A program made the position numbers and the translations under genes. The notes below the pieces were generated by a model. The model saw nothing but the letters and a program-made list of their open reading frames with translations. It did not search any database and was not told the DNA's origin. This document shows positions 25,790 to 38,065 of a stretch of DNA of 64,000 nt, one piece after another (the first letter of the stretch is position 1; each line of letters opens with the position of its first letter). This DNA is from Chlorokybus atmophyticus. Lineage: Eukaryota; Plantae; Mesostigma and Chlorokybus algae. The DNA lies in assembly GCA_009103225.1 (NCBI GenBank), contig RHPI01002990.1, positions 762,767-826,766 on the forward strand. The letters are read 5' to 3'.

Positions 25790-27655
25790 TAGTTGCATAA
25801 ATGCCCCATTGTGACTCTGATTGCGCGATGTGGTACGAAGCATCTAGAGAATGCATTGATTAAAATTTTTGTGCATAAAAAAGGAACAAAATGTGAGCAT
25901 AGCAATTGGGTACACAAAACTGCAATTGTTGACTTCTTGTGAATGGGGGTTTGGCAAAGAGGTGGTGGCTTTGTGTATGAGACACGAATTAGCATTAAAC
26001 CCAAAGATTTCCGAGTCTAATGCATCGATGCATGGCTTGTGGCGTCCAAGTCTGGACTAGCTTTGGATGCACTACGTAGGTACTTAAAGTTGATGGTTTT
26101 TATCCACAAACTTGCCCTTGATGATTGTAGCAAATGTCATAGTGTGACATCATGCGATGATTGCAATAATGCTATCGTTGATGGATCTTGAAGGTAATTA
26201 GCATCAGCTGAAACCTTCAGCGTAAGGCAGATTGTAAAATGGATGTGATCGCATATGTGAGGTTGATAGCACAAACTATGACGGGTACGGGCAAAATCAC
26301 TCCATTTGATCACGGGGAGGAGAGTATGCAGGTATGGTGCGGGAGGGGAGGGGGGGGGGGNCACCGCACATATCTGAAACACTTCCAACTGCCCCCCTCC
26401 CGGTATGGTTTGACATATGCAATTGCCATGCTCGCACCGTAACCTTGTCTTTTGCAATGAAACATGTAACGGGCCACTTTTTTCTTACCTTTTTGTAATT
26501 CACTCGGACGGCAAAGGGTCCGTTTGTTCACTTGGACACTTAGTAGCGACTTTGTAACGCTGAATGACTTCACTCCGCAAACCCTAACTTCAGACTTGGG
26601 CGGATCATATATGTGGCTATACATGTCATGCGGCATCGACTTTTGCTGCCGTAGCCCTATGAGACCTCGAATTATGTCTACTATGTACACTTATAAAATT
26701 GATTATGTTAATGTGACATCATGATGCCATGTCGCGAATAAACGTTCTCGCCATCGTATTGCGACATTACCGTAATATGCTGCTGTTATTACAACTGCAA
26801 AAGCTTCCAATGTTTACTGTGCCACACACAGCAATTGTTGCAAAATCCAATATCAACTTTGTTTCTAATGAAGTAGTCTAGATGTTTCAATATGAATTCC
26901 ACATATTGCTTATGGTCTGCATTAATTGGCACGTTCGGTCGTTATAATAATTATGATCATCACAATGCGACAGTGTCTATTAATGACCGAAGACCCTGAC
27001 GCAGCAACGGCTATACCACATGACAGCTATGACATTGCAATAACATACCGCCAGCCAGACACATGGCTCTAGCTCCATAACTTCCTTCACATATGTTGTG
27101 GCACACGTTACAACACAGACATGCTGCACACTCAGACACTGCGGTTATGGCGTGATGGGTGGCAATTAATCACAAGGCTTCACATCATCATTTTAAGATT
27201 AAAGCTTTTATTATGTTAAAAGACAATATTGTAGCATGGAGGAAGTAGCCGCAATGATACCAATGCTGCTTACCATCAATTCAATGCCGGTCCGCCTGCT
27301 AGTAGCAGATCTGACAGGTTTGAACCTGACATGCTGCTGCTGCCACGTTAATTAACAGTCAAGTACATTGGTCACATATGCACATGTGCGCGCGTATGCA
27401 TACGCGTAACATGTGCTGCCGCAATAGCTGTAGTCAATCAATTACAACATTTCATATACACACATGTATATGTATATACGCACGCTTGCGCATACGCACG
27501 CTTCTAAACATACACATATGCCAGCACATGACGTCATACAAGTTACGGAGACATGCACTACACTCAGTTGGTACTTGCGTTTATTGACGACAAAGCACAC
27601 CTTTTCTCAGTTTTAAAGAAGTTCGTACCATAAATCGTCCACACAAGTGCAGTGC

Positions 27656-27712
27656 GCGCAACTTGTCTTCAACGAGCAAGTTGCGCACTTGCTCGTTGAA
27701 GACGAGTTGCGC
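27656..27712. repeat. 26-bp-arm inverted repeat (hairpin)
   Basis: gcgcaacttgtcttcaacgagcaagt-tgcgc-acttgctcgttgaagacgagttgcgc; 25 of 26 positions pair Watson-Crick and one is G-U. Confidence 0.92.
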
Positions 27713-28942
27713 ACCTATCGTCGATGTCTTAGTGCGATCACAGCTCTAGCATACCGCTGACTTGTGTGACACGTGTCATAATCATGTATACTTTACATGC
27801 AGTACAGTTGATGTAGTACATTGCGTTGCACGACATTACCACCGCTATTGATACTCTATGTCAAGCTCAAGCGTGAAACTCGCGCAGCGCTGGTTACATT
27901 GCATTTGCCATAAAGGTATGCGTCATTCACCATCGTCGCTCGCCAACTGTCGCGAGTTCTGGAGTGCAAGCAAGCTAGAGGACGCTCAACGTTCAGCACA
28001 GTTGCATTGTTGTGCAGCACCGACTCCACGCCAACTGTCATGGCATAGTCAACGGACATATACCTGCATGCATGGTCAACAACGTCGACATCCACATAGT
28101 TCATTATTGCAAGCACGTGTAAGTGTGCATGCGCACACACATGCACACTTACCACACGCATGTACAAAACCTTCAAATATACATCACCACACATGCATAT
28201 GCAACAACGTGACATGTGCACCAATGACCACCGTGGTCAGTAGGGTGGCACCCCACTGCATACATAACAGTGCCCTTACCATCTTAGGAGTTGACTACCA
28301 ATTCTCGACGCGTAATACCGTATTATAGCTGCCTTAAACTTGGCAATCACGTTCTTGTTGGCTGACGCACAGCTCTGCGTAGGCAAACGCTCAACCATCT
28401 TTGTACGTGTACAACATCTATATACTATTGCAATGTGATAATAATGTTTAGCAGATAAAATGAATGCTTAATGACTGAATTTGTGATGTACCGATACGCA
28501 ACGATAACATATGCGTGAACAATATACTTTTAAAAAGTGATAGCATTTATGTTCACAAGACGATATCATGTGTAAACCAAACATGACGCAATGCTATGCA
28601 AGATTTATGCATTGATTTTAAGATGCATATAAAGCCACTATAAACACATAACAACAATGATCATGTGATTGATTCATAAACTTATGTACTTACAATGTAA
28701 ATATATACATATATCGTATGATAAAAAATATTTCATGTTTTTTTAAGCACTATTGTCAAACAATCGAGCTTCAGGATTAAACCTCTTAATACATGAAACC
28801 CTGAACATGTTCATGCCTTCAATTTACCCCTTGTTGATCACACATGGATGCAATAGCTACAGACCATGTACCGGTAGCCCTTAAATGTCTTCATTCAAAA
28901 TTATTGGTTATTAGAGGCTATGGCCCATAGCTTATGGTGCAT

Positions 28943-28977
28943 GATTGCGTCACCCATAGCCTATGGGTGATGCAGTC
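28943..28977. repeat. 17-bp-arm inverted repeat
   Basis: gattgcgtcacccatag-c-ctatgggtgatgcagtc; both deviations are G-U on the + strand. Confidence 0.85.
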
Positions 28978-29525
28978 ATCATGCAGTGACAGCTGCTGAG
29001 CTGTGCCAACCGCGCAGCCAGCTAGAAGGTCGCGACCGGGGACGGAGTGCTGCCCTGCCTTGGAGAAACCCCTCCAACCCGCAGCGCGCGTCACCGCCAC
29101 TCGCGACTTTTGGCGTGGGGCCGCGACCACAGGTTAAACATCTTGGTCAAAAGTCAAGCAGAGATATCCACAACGCCAGATGTATATCGACCAGTTCCAG
29201 TGAGGTAAGCAGGAGACTCGGTTACAACCTAACCATCTGATAGTGAGCTTTGACCAGCGGCTGGCTCCCTATTTTCGGAAGTCCGTGATTGAGGTTACCA
29301 AACGTAAGAAACGTACGCCCCTTGCGTGACGAAAGCTGGAAAACAATTAGAGAGGAATTAAGTAGACTTTAGGGTTGTTTGCGGTCGGCGGCGGCAGAGG
29401 AGTTGGCGGCGGAGGAGGCAGAGGACGAGGACGACGACAAGGAAGAGGAGAGGGAGGTGGACGCAAGGGGAGATTACGTTGAGTACACTACCTTGTTGAG
29501 AGCACCACCAGCAGCAGCAGCAGCC

Positions 29526-32129
29526 ATGTCGGAGAAGAAGCCGCCAGCCGTGTGGACGGCCGCCAAGCCGTTCCTCAACGGTGGCATGGCCGGCATGGCG
29601 GCAACCTGCTGCGTGCAGCCTATTGATATGGTCAAGGTGAGCTGCGCTACGCATGATCACATTGCTTTCTAGCATGCTTAAGCGCACGTAAACGCGCCAT
29701 GCTCTGCAGTGGTCAGCAGTCTGGACGCTGTTCTGGCAAGCAGCACTGCCTTGCTCTTAGCTCTAACAGCCTTGCGCTTGCAATGTGCATGCAATCCCAC
29801 TCCAAGCATGCCAATGTGCAGTCGCAGGCTGGCTAAGCTGGCATGCATACGCGCCTACTGTGCCGCAGCTTACGTACTGTTAGTTCGTGTTGCAACCTTA
29901 CATACAGCTTGCGTTGGGCCTGATGACATCAGTAAGCATTGCTGCCTCAATGGCGAGGTTCGCATGGCACACTTCAGGCGTCACATTGCCAATTCGTTGG
30001 GTGGTTGCACCAATGCTGCGACATAATTGCGTGAGATACACTGTCACATTGGTTGCTGCTTGACGCTTGATTCTTGTTGTTGTGTGTGGCATTGCAGGTG
30101 AGGATTCAGATCGATGGAGGTTCACCAATCAACGTTGCGAGGACCATCATTAAGCAGGACGGGTTTGGGTCACTTTATAGGGTGAGCACCAACATAAAAA
30201 AAATGGTCACCTTGAGTGTGTCACTCCAATGTGCTGGTTAATGTGTATGAACTGCTCTGGAATGATTGCATTTGCACGCATGACATTGCGTGATTGTCAC
30301 GTGCAGGGGCTTTCAGCAGGTTTGTTGAGGCAAGCTACATACACAACTGCTCGCCTTGGCTCGTTCAGGTATGCATTGGCATTTAGGCTCTTTCGGCATG
30401 GGTTGAATGTTGTGCGTTGGTTTCAAGTACAGCATTGAGTTTGCATCAGTTACTCACTTACTTTCAAAGTGTTGCTGGGTGCGCTGACGTGATGGCGACC
30501 GACTTAGTTCTGCAATAGTGTCATCGTACCTGTCTGTGCATGCATGCTCATGTACCTCGCTTAATCATTTCAATGATTAAGCGAGGTCAATCAATCAATC
30601 AATAGTATCATTTCTTGATTCGTTACACTGCTGCGTGAGCGTTGCCTTATGGAGTGCACCTTGAGTTGTTAGTTTCACTCTGTCACAGTGACTGCCAGTC
30701 CACATTGTCCAGGGAGTGGAGTGGCATTGCAGTATACCAGAGTGCAGTGTCAGATCACTTGGTGCTCGCAGAGTTGCATCAAGCTGCATGCATATGAGGG
30801 GCAAAAGCGTTTGAGTTGGTACACACGCAGCTGACACACGCGTGCAACGGGGTGCAGGTTGATGTCCAATGAAGCAGTGAAGCGCAACGATGGCAAGAAC
30901 TTGTCGCTAGGCATGAAGGCCGGTATTGGGCTTACCGCTGGTGCCATCGGCGCCGCTTTTGGCAACCCGGCAGATCTCTCTCTCATCCGCATGCAGGTAC
31001 ACAATGAGTTTGCTTTGCATCACCCAGGGTTGTAACTCTTCCCTGCGGTTGCTGACATGGTTGTGATGATCCATTGTGACAACAGTCATAATCTAAGTTG
31101 ATGTTGTTGGCATTGATCACCATTGCTGTTGCCGTCCTGGTTGTCGATTTCTAGCACCACTAGCACTGTCAATGTTTCTGTTACTATCGCCCGCAATCAT
31201 TGTCATAATTAAGTAGTACCATGCATTCATAATGGTATCACAGAAACAAGTCTGTTGTTCGCAGGCCGACAGCAGCATGCCCATGGACCAGAGGCGTAAC
31301 TACAAGAACGCGTTTGACGCTCTGTTGCGCATCTCGCGTGAGGAGGGCGTGCTCGCTCTGTGGAAGGGCGCGGGCCCCACCGTTGTGCGCGCGATGGCCC
31401 TAAACATGGGCATGCTCGCGTCTTTCGACCAGTCGAAAGAGATGCTTGCTTCCGCTGGCTTCACCGGCACATCACTCGTGCTGCGTAAGTCGCAAGATCG
31501 TATTACATCACAATGTTCTTTGTAGGTGTTGTTGCTGCTGTGAAGTGACTGAAAGTTGTCTCTCATGTTGTGCTGCAGTTGCTAGCGGCATATCGGGATT
31601 CTTTGCCTCTGCCTGCTCATTGCCTTTCGATTACATTAAGACCCAGATTCAGAAGCAGAAGCCTCTTCCCGATGGCACGCTGCCTTTCAGGAGCTCAATG
31701 GACTGCGCCAAGCAGGTGCTGTCGCTGTACCGACTGTGTCTGTGTGCGTGCACATGGTGTCGGAGCATGATGTTTTTTGCATGTGTGCATGTCACTTTAG
31801 AAGCATACTTGCCGAGGACGAGTAGAAGCAATGACGGCAGTCGTTGTCAACAACTTTTTCTCAGAATCTGAACAGATTCATTGATGACAGGTTCTGCTGA
31901 AGCACGGCCCACTCAAGTTCTACACCGGATTCCCAACATACGTTGTGCGCATTGCACCACACGTGATGGTGAGTCGCAACTGCGCGGACATGCAAACCAA
32001 CCTTCTGTGCAACAGGGTTGCAGATCCCATCTTTGTATGAAGCTGACTAACAACCTTGCGTGCGTGTTGCAGTTGACGTGGGTGTTTGTGTCACAACTGG
32101 AGACCTTCCAGAAGAACATGAAGATTTAG
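29526..32129 (+). CDS. DTC: Mitochondrial dicarboxylate/tricarboxylate carrier (SLC25 family)
   Basis: MSEKKPPAVWTAAKPFLNGGMAGMAATCCVQPIDMVK/VRIQI, GLSAGLLRQATYTTARLGSF, GNPADLSLIRMQ/ADSSMPMDQRRNYKNAFDALLRISREEGVLALWKGAGPTVVRAMALNMGMLA, ACSLPFDYIKTQIQK, FYTGFPTYVVRIAPHVM. Three carrier signature motifs are present. Confidence 0.97.
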
Positions 32130-33015
32130 AGACAGTACTGCTGCTCAATTGTCCACAGCAAGGGTTGACTGGACAGATGTCACACGAATAGGCGTTGTCA
32201 CTTAGGAGGTCGCTCATTTGTATTCTTTACGGGACTAGAAGGGCTTTGTGGCTGTCTTGCGGGGCTACAGATGCCCTTGATCATACTAAGCTTAGCGCAG
32301 TCTTACGTCGATTTGGCCCTTATGAGGGGCTGCAATAATGCTAATTGTTACCTGCTTTGGGGTCGATCCATGTGATGTGTTGCACATATAGCTACCAACA
32401 TTTGTTGTTGAGGGTTGTCACCAAACCTGACACTGGGCCGGATGTGGTTAACATCTGTGACAGCCACACCTAGGATGCTGCATGTTGTCAATAATAACAA
32501 GACCCAACGCCACACTATCTTGAAGTTGTGCAGTTTAACTGGATCAGAGCGTTGTTATGTGCAGTGTCCGATATTCACAATGCACTACTCTCTGCCTTTG
32601 CAGCAGTGGGTGGCTGCCTGCGGGTCTGCACGCCCAGTTCAACAAACGCCGTGGTTGTGTGTAGAAGCTTTGCACCTGTCCATCAAGACAACCGCTGGAC
32701 ATTTGTGGTGCATGGCATACTAGTTCACAAAGCCGGGGGTAAATGGTTATCACTGGCAATCTGTTAGTCGGAAAGAAATCACTTTGGCCAGTATACAGTG
32801 CACAATTTGGATTGTGTATGAGCGCAGCAACGCAAGATTGCAATTGACAACCACTACACACCAAAACGTAATGGCTTGCATCAACTAGTTGCTTGTGCAA
32901 CAGACTACCGCCTGCACTAGTCTGCGACAGGCCTCGAACCAGCAACTCAGCGCAGATCTTCAGAAGTGAGCTTTTGTTCTAACCACAACCGACATGAGAC
33001 CACCAACACCAGGCG

Positions 33016-34554
33016 TCAACCTAGCCACACTTCAGTTTGATGGTCACCACCGGCGCCAAGCGAGCTGCGTATAGATATCTTCTCCCCTCTCCACCTGCAG
33101 TAAAGTCGTTTCAAACAGCATTCAATCATGTAAGCTGCTACTCAACAGTAACAGTTGTGACTTGACTCTTAAAATAGAACAACTCTCCAGTCGTCTTGCA
33201 ATTTTCTCATGGCAACTTGCAGCACTTATGAACTTGAACTGAACACCAACAAGTGCATCATCCCACCTGTTGCTATCGCGCTCAAATGCCGTCTTATCCT
33301 TGTCGACCCCGCCGCCGACCTTGCGCTTGACCTGCTTCTCCCTCGACTGAACCCACAATCTCTCTACCTCCTCACGCTGCCGCGCATCAAACTTCAACAC
33401 ATTGTCGTGGGCGGCCTTGATGATGAGGTCTATCGCCGCCTTCGCCCTGAGACACACATTGTTACTGTTGGAAAGGTAACAGTGCATGTGCTAGAAAGTA
33501 ACATAAAGTACCGTGTGCAGGCTCTTACCAGGCTAACTTGTATTGGCTGAATGCAGTGCGTATGCAGTGGAGGACATTTTCGCGCCTGTCGTGTGCGAGA
33601 AGAAGCCTGCCTCGCCTCGCTTCGTCCTCGCGCTCCCGCTCTTCCCTTTTCCGCTTTGCGCGCTCTTCTTTCTCCTTCTTCTTATCCTTCAAGGTGAAGG
33701 GATAAAACAAACGCAGGCAATGAATAATGCCTGAGTACTTGATGCTGTTACAACCACAACAACATGCAGCGAAAGCCCCACATACCTGAATAAGAGGGAG
33801 AAAAGCATCCAGTCCAAAAGGGTCACTCGTAGTAGCTTCAGACTTTCCAACAACAGTTGCTTCATCAGTACCATCCTCAGTCTTGATCCTAACCTCCTCC
33901 GTCTTGACTGTAGACGTGGTTGGTTGTAAGATGTCATGTTCTCTGCTCGACTCTGTTGGTTTTGTTGTTGTGGTTGCAAACTCTTCATCCTCGGCAGTCA
34001 AGTCCGGTAAAGATGCAATCAGCTCGCGTATGCGCGAGCCCGCAGCCGCAAACTGGAAGCTGTCATCGGTGTAAAGCTCGTTCGCCAACACCGCACATAT
34101 CTGAAACACTTCCAACTGCGCTCGCTGTGGCTTTGTGAACACCTGCAAAGAAACCACAAACACCATTAGATTTGTGCATGGGTTGTGTACAGGAACAAAA
34201 GGGTTAAGCTCACGTGCGTGTATTCGCCAGCCGCAGCAAAGAGTTTTGCATACTCTACTCGCAACGCTGGCGCGGAACAGTTGGACTTGTCTGCCATGGC
34301 TGAGGTCAAGATCTCAAAGAACAAAGCGCCTGTCTCCTGCAAAGAGGATAAGAAATATGAGTAAAACTGACAATGAACATGACAGTAATGATGCGTGCAT
34401 GTACCTTTGCGATGGAGTCTGATTCCAGCAGGCGTCGGGCCAGCGCCGCAGCCTTGTTGAACTTCTTCGCGCTGCCGATGTGAGCTCTGATCTTCTCGAT
34501 TGCCTGTGGCACGCTGCTGGACTCCGGCGCTGTGGGTGGTTGTGATGATGGTTG

Positions 34555-34585
<31 letters not shown>

Positions 34586-35300
34586 TGTTGTTGCAGTTCG
34601 TCTTCTTGCTTGATTGGCTGCTCTTCGGTCTTCACCGCTTGATCGCCATCAGCAGCAGCCCTACATGCAGGGAACAATGTAACAGACGTTGAGAAAGCTT
34701 GTGGTTGAGGCAATGGGGCTACCAGAGACTTGTGCACAGTTGCGTGCGTGCCAATGGCATGCAGCGCAACGGCAGCCGAGCACGCCGGGTGGAAGCCAGA
34801 TGAAAACTGTATTCCTTCTTCCAGATGATTCACGTGCAGGAAGTAGCCATGTCATGTACTTGTTCAGAGCTAGTTCTACAGGAGTGTTTCCAGATCATAG
34901 CCAACCAGATCACGGATGGCGCACACCTGATGCTAAGCACATAGACTCAGCGACAGTCCTGTGACTTGCGTTTTCTCTGAACTCAGCGTCATATCTATCA
35001 GCACGAGGCTCGTCGAATAAATCACAAACAACCACAATGGGTCCTGACAGAGCTGCAAAGTAATCAACCAGAAGGAGTTGACACTTGCGCCGTGGTGTCA
35101 AACCCATGCAAGTTTCAGGTGTTATGGTTTTTCATTTCAACAACACACCTCTCATCACTTGCTGCTCCGCTAATTACACGTATGCAATAATCACCACAAC
35201 AAAATACGACAACCTGTTCATAATCTCACAGACAGGCATAGGCGCCATACCTTGGACGTTTGCCAGCTGGCGGCAATCCCGCAAACAGCTGCTCGGCCAT
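33016..35300 (-). CDS. Conserved green-lineage protein of unknown function (resembles Arabidopsis At3g04560 family as recalled), with a poly-Gln tract
   Basis: Spliced: MAEQLFAGLPP, QAIEKIRAHIGSAKKFNKAAALARRLL, ANELYTDDSFQF, SDPFGLDA, YKLAWAKAAIDLIIKAAHDNVLKFDARQREEVERLWVQSRE, EKISIRSSLGAGGDHQTEVWLG*. Frame is consistent over most junctions; the family identity is from memory. Confidence 0.85.
34552..34593 (-). repeat. Coding CAA/CAG trinucleotide repeat (14 Gln)
   Basis: (ttg)4(ctg)8(ttg)2 on the + strand, inside an exon. Confidence 0.9.
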
Positions 35301-35478
35301 AGCTCAAAGCTGAGCTGTCCTCTCCTCTCCTCTCCTCTCCTCTCACTTGTGCTCTTTACGCACCTTGTCCTACCACTCCTGCAACTCGGCCTCCCCCTTA
35401 TCCGCCGCGTTACCTTGCCTTCTCCGCCTGCGCCGCGACCACCTTCAGCGACACCACAACCGTCGCCGCCGCCACACG

Positions 35479-35676
<198 letters not shown>

Positions 35677-35686
35677 NATCATCAGC

Positions 35687-37154
35687 ATGGACGGCCGCAA
35701 GGCGGAGGTGGAGCGCATGTACCTGGAGCTACGCGCTGCTCACTTCTCACAGGTACATCGCTGCAGCAGTAGTAGTAGTAGTAAACAAGCAAGCTTGCTG
35801 CTCGTTAGCTGCTGCTTACTTCCCTGCGTGCTTGCTTGCTTGCTTATTTGCTTGTGGCAAGCATGGCAGTGCCGTCAAAACGACTACATCCTAATATTAC
35901 TATTGAAAACTACACCCCACAACAGCCTGTAGGCAACCGTGTGCTGATATATTTGTTCGCATAAGCATATTTGCAACAGTGCCCCTCTGCTGTCTGAGCT
36001 TATAGCCCTGCTGCTTACTTGCTAACGTGCATGCTTGCTTGCTTGGTTGATGGGTTGGTTGCCTGTGTGCCGGCTGCACTGCAGGTGCCTGAGGTGGAGG
36101 TGCAGGAATTGAAGCAGCTGCTGTTCCAACCACAACCCAGCGGCAAAAGGTCTGCCGTTGTTGCTGCTGCTGCTGCCGCCGTTGTCTCTGCTGCTGTTGC
36201 TATTGCTGTTATCCTCGTTACTGTTTGTCATTCGACTGGACTGAACAACAAACAGTGTGGCAGTGGTGGACGTCCGACTGCCTGAAGAACGCCAAGTGAG
36301 TGAGTGAGGCTTGTCGTGACATGTCTGTGCTCCTTATTATAGCTTCTCATGCAGCATCATACATCAGGTGTCGGTTATTCCCGGTGCGCTGCACAAAGAA
36401 GAGTTTGAGGCGAAGAAGGACTCTTACAAGGAGGGCATCATCGTCTTATACTGGTAACTATGAAATGAAGTGTATATGTCTCCATTACAAATGTAGGCGT
36501 GCAGTATGGCATTACTTCACCAGATGCATGTGTGATGCACAGCACCGTCATGTGCGTGTGTACCCGCACTGCGTCTGCAAGTACACATGCATTACATCCC
36601 ACAACCAACGCATCAATCACGAGCACAACAATGCGCATGCACGCTGTTTCTCAGTACGATTGGCCTTCGGAGCGGGAAGTACGCTGCGGCATTGCGTGCA
36701 CAGGGCTTCGATGCGCGCAACTTGAAGGGAAGCATTCTCTCTTGGGTGAGCTCAGCAGTACTCTGTTGTACAGAACTCGTACAACAGTCTACTGCTTTCA
36801 TAAGGCTCCGTTGCTTACAACTTGCATTATGCTTCTGCATAACAGACGCATGAAGGCGGGGAGTTGGAGGAGCCCGGCACGCATGCGCCTACCAAGCGCG
36901 TGCACACTTACGGCGAGAAGTGGGCACTGGCAGCTGAAGGCTACGAACCCGTGAGTGCAGCACCCATGACTTGCTCTGTGTGCATAAACACACATATTGC
37001 ACTTGATAATATGCGCCTCAGGGTACTGTGTATCTCATTTGCTGTGTGGCAGGTGTACTTCAGTAGCACTCCGGTGTTGAAGTCAATCGCGTATTATTTT
37101 ACCGATATTGTGGCTTCATGGCTACCATGGAGACGAAGCAAAGCGCCGCCTTGA
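35687..37154 (+). CDS. Single-domain rhodanese (sulfurtransferase)-like protein (7 exons)
   Basis: Spliced: VPEVEVQEL, VAVVDVRLPEERQ/VSVIPGA, IIVLYC/TIGLRSGKYAAALRAQGFDARNLKGSILSW/THEGG..KRVHTYGEKW. The catalytic-loop Cys (CTIGLRS) is intact. The start may be incomplete because of the adjacent n junction. Confidence 0.88.
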
Positions 37155-37643
37155 GGTTCAATCAGCATGTCTGAGAGCTACATGCACCTGTTGCTTCTAC
37201 GTATGCACACATTGAGTGTTCAGGGTTCCAATCTGTAACTTCTTGTCAGTACCTGTAGACAGACAAAACCGATTCATCGATTGTCCAACCTGTATCGACT
37301 GCAACAAAGGTAATCGCAGTTGCATGCGCGGTGTCACTACAACAATTGCACTGTTCCTACTCGCAGCAACTCAGCATGACAAATAATCAAGCCCAATCAC
37401 ACCTCCGTCCTCTTGACAACACAAACCCCACTACCAACGCCAAAAACACTACCCTATATGAATGTACACCAACTAACCATTAGTCTCAACTATAGCAGAG
37501 TACTCTACAACCGAACCTACAAGCTAAGCTCACGCAGTGACCCTCAAAACATTGTACACTGCACGCACATTGCCCTCCACCTACATTGCCGTTTCGCATT
37601 GTTTGTACATACATAACCTCAACAACACAACCTCCTCCCCCCC

Positions 37644-38064
37644 NNNNNNNNNNNNNNNNNNNNNNNNNNNNNNNNNNNNNNNNNNNNNNNNNNNNNNNNN
37701 NNNNNNNNNNNNNNNNNNNNNNNNNNNNNNNNNNNNNNNNNNNNNNNNNNNNNNNNNNNNNNNNNNNNNNNNNNNNNNNNNNNNNNNNNNNNNNNNNNNN
37801 NNNNNNNNNNNNNNNNNNNNNNNNNNNNNNNNNNNNNNNNNNNNNNNNNNNNNNNNNNNNNNNNNNNNNNNNNNNNNNNNNNNNNNNNNNNNNNNNNNNN
37901 NNNNNNNNNNNNNNNNNNNNNNNNNNNNNNNNNNNNNNNNNNNNNNNNNNNNNNNNNNNNNNNNNNNNNNNNNNNNNNNNNNNNNNNNNNNNNNNNNNNN
38001 NNNNNNNNNNNNNNNNNNNNNNNNNNNNNNNNNNNNNNNNNNNNNNNNNNNNNNNNNNNNNNNN
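37644..38064. other. Assembly gap (421 N)
   Basis: Run of n characters. Confidence 0.99.
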
Positions 38065-38065
38065 C

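Noticed and set aside
26020-26033. Perfect 14-bp palindrome atgcatcgatgcat
   Set aside because: Several are expected by chance in 64 kb, more so given the TGCA/CATG bias.
27690-27701. 12-mer tgctcgttgaag shared between the hairpin and the SYF2 intron repeat
   Set aside because: Hundreds of 12-mer matches are expected by chance in a window this size.
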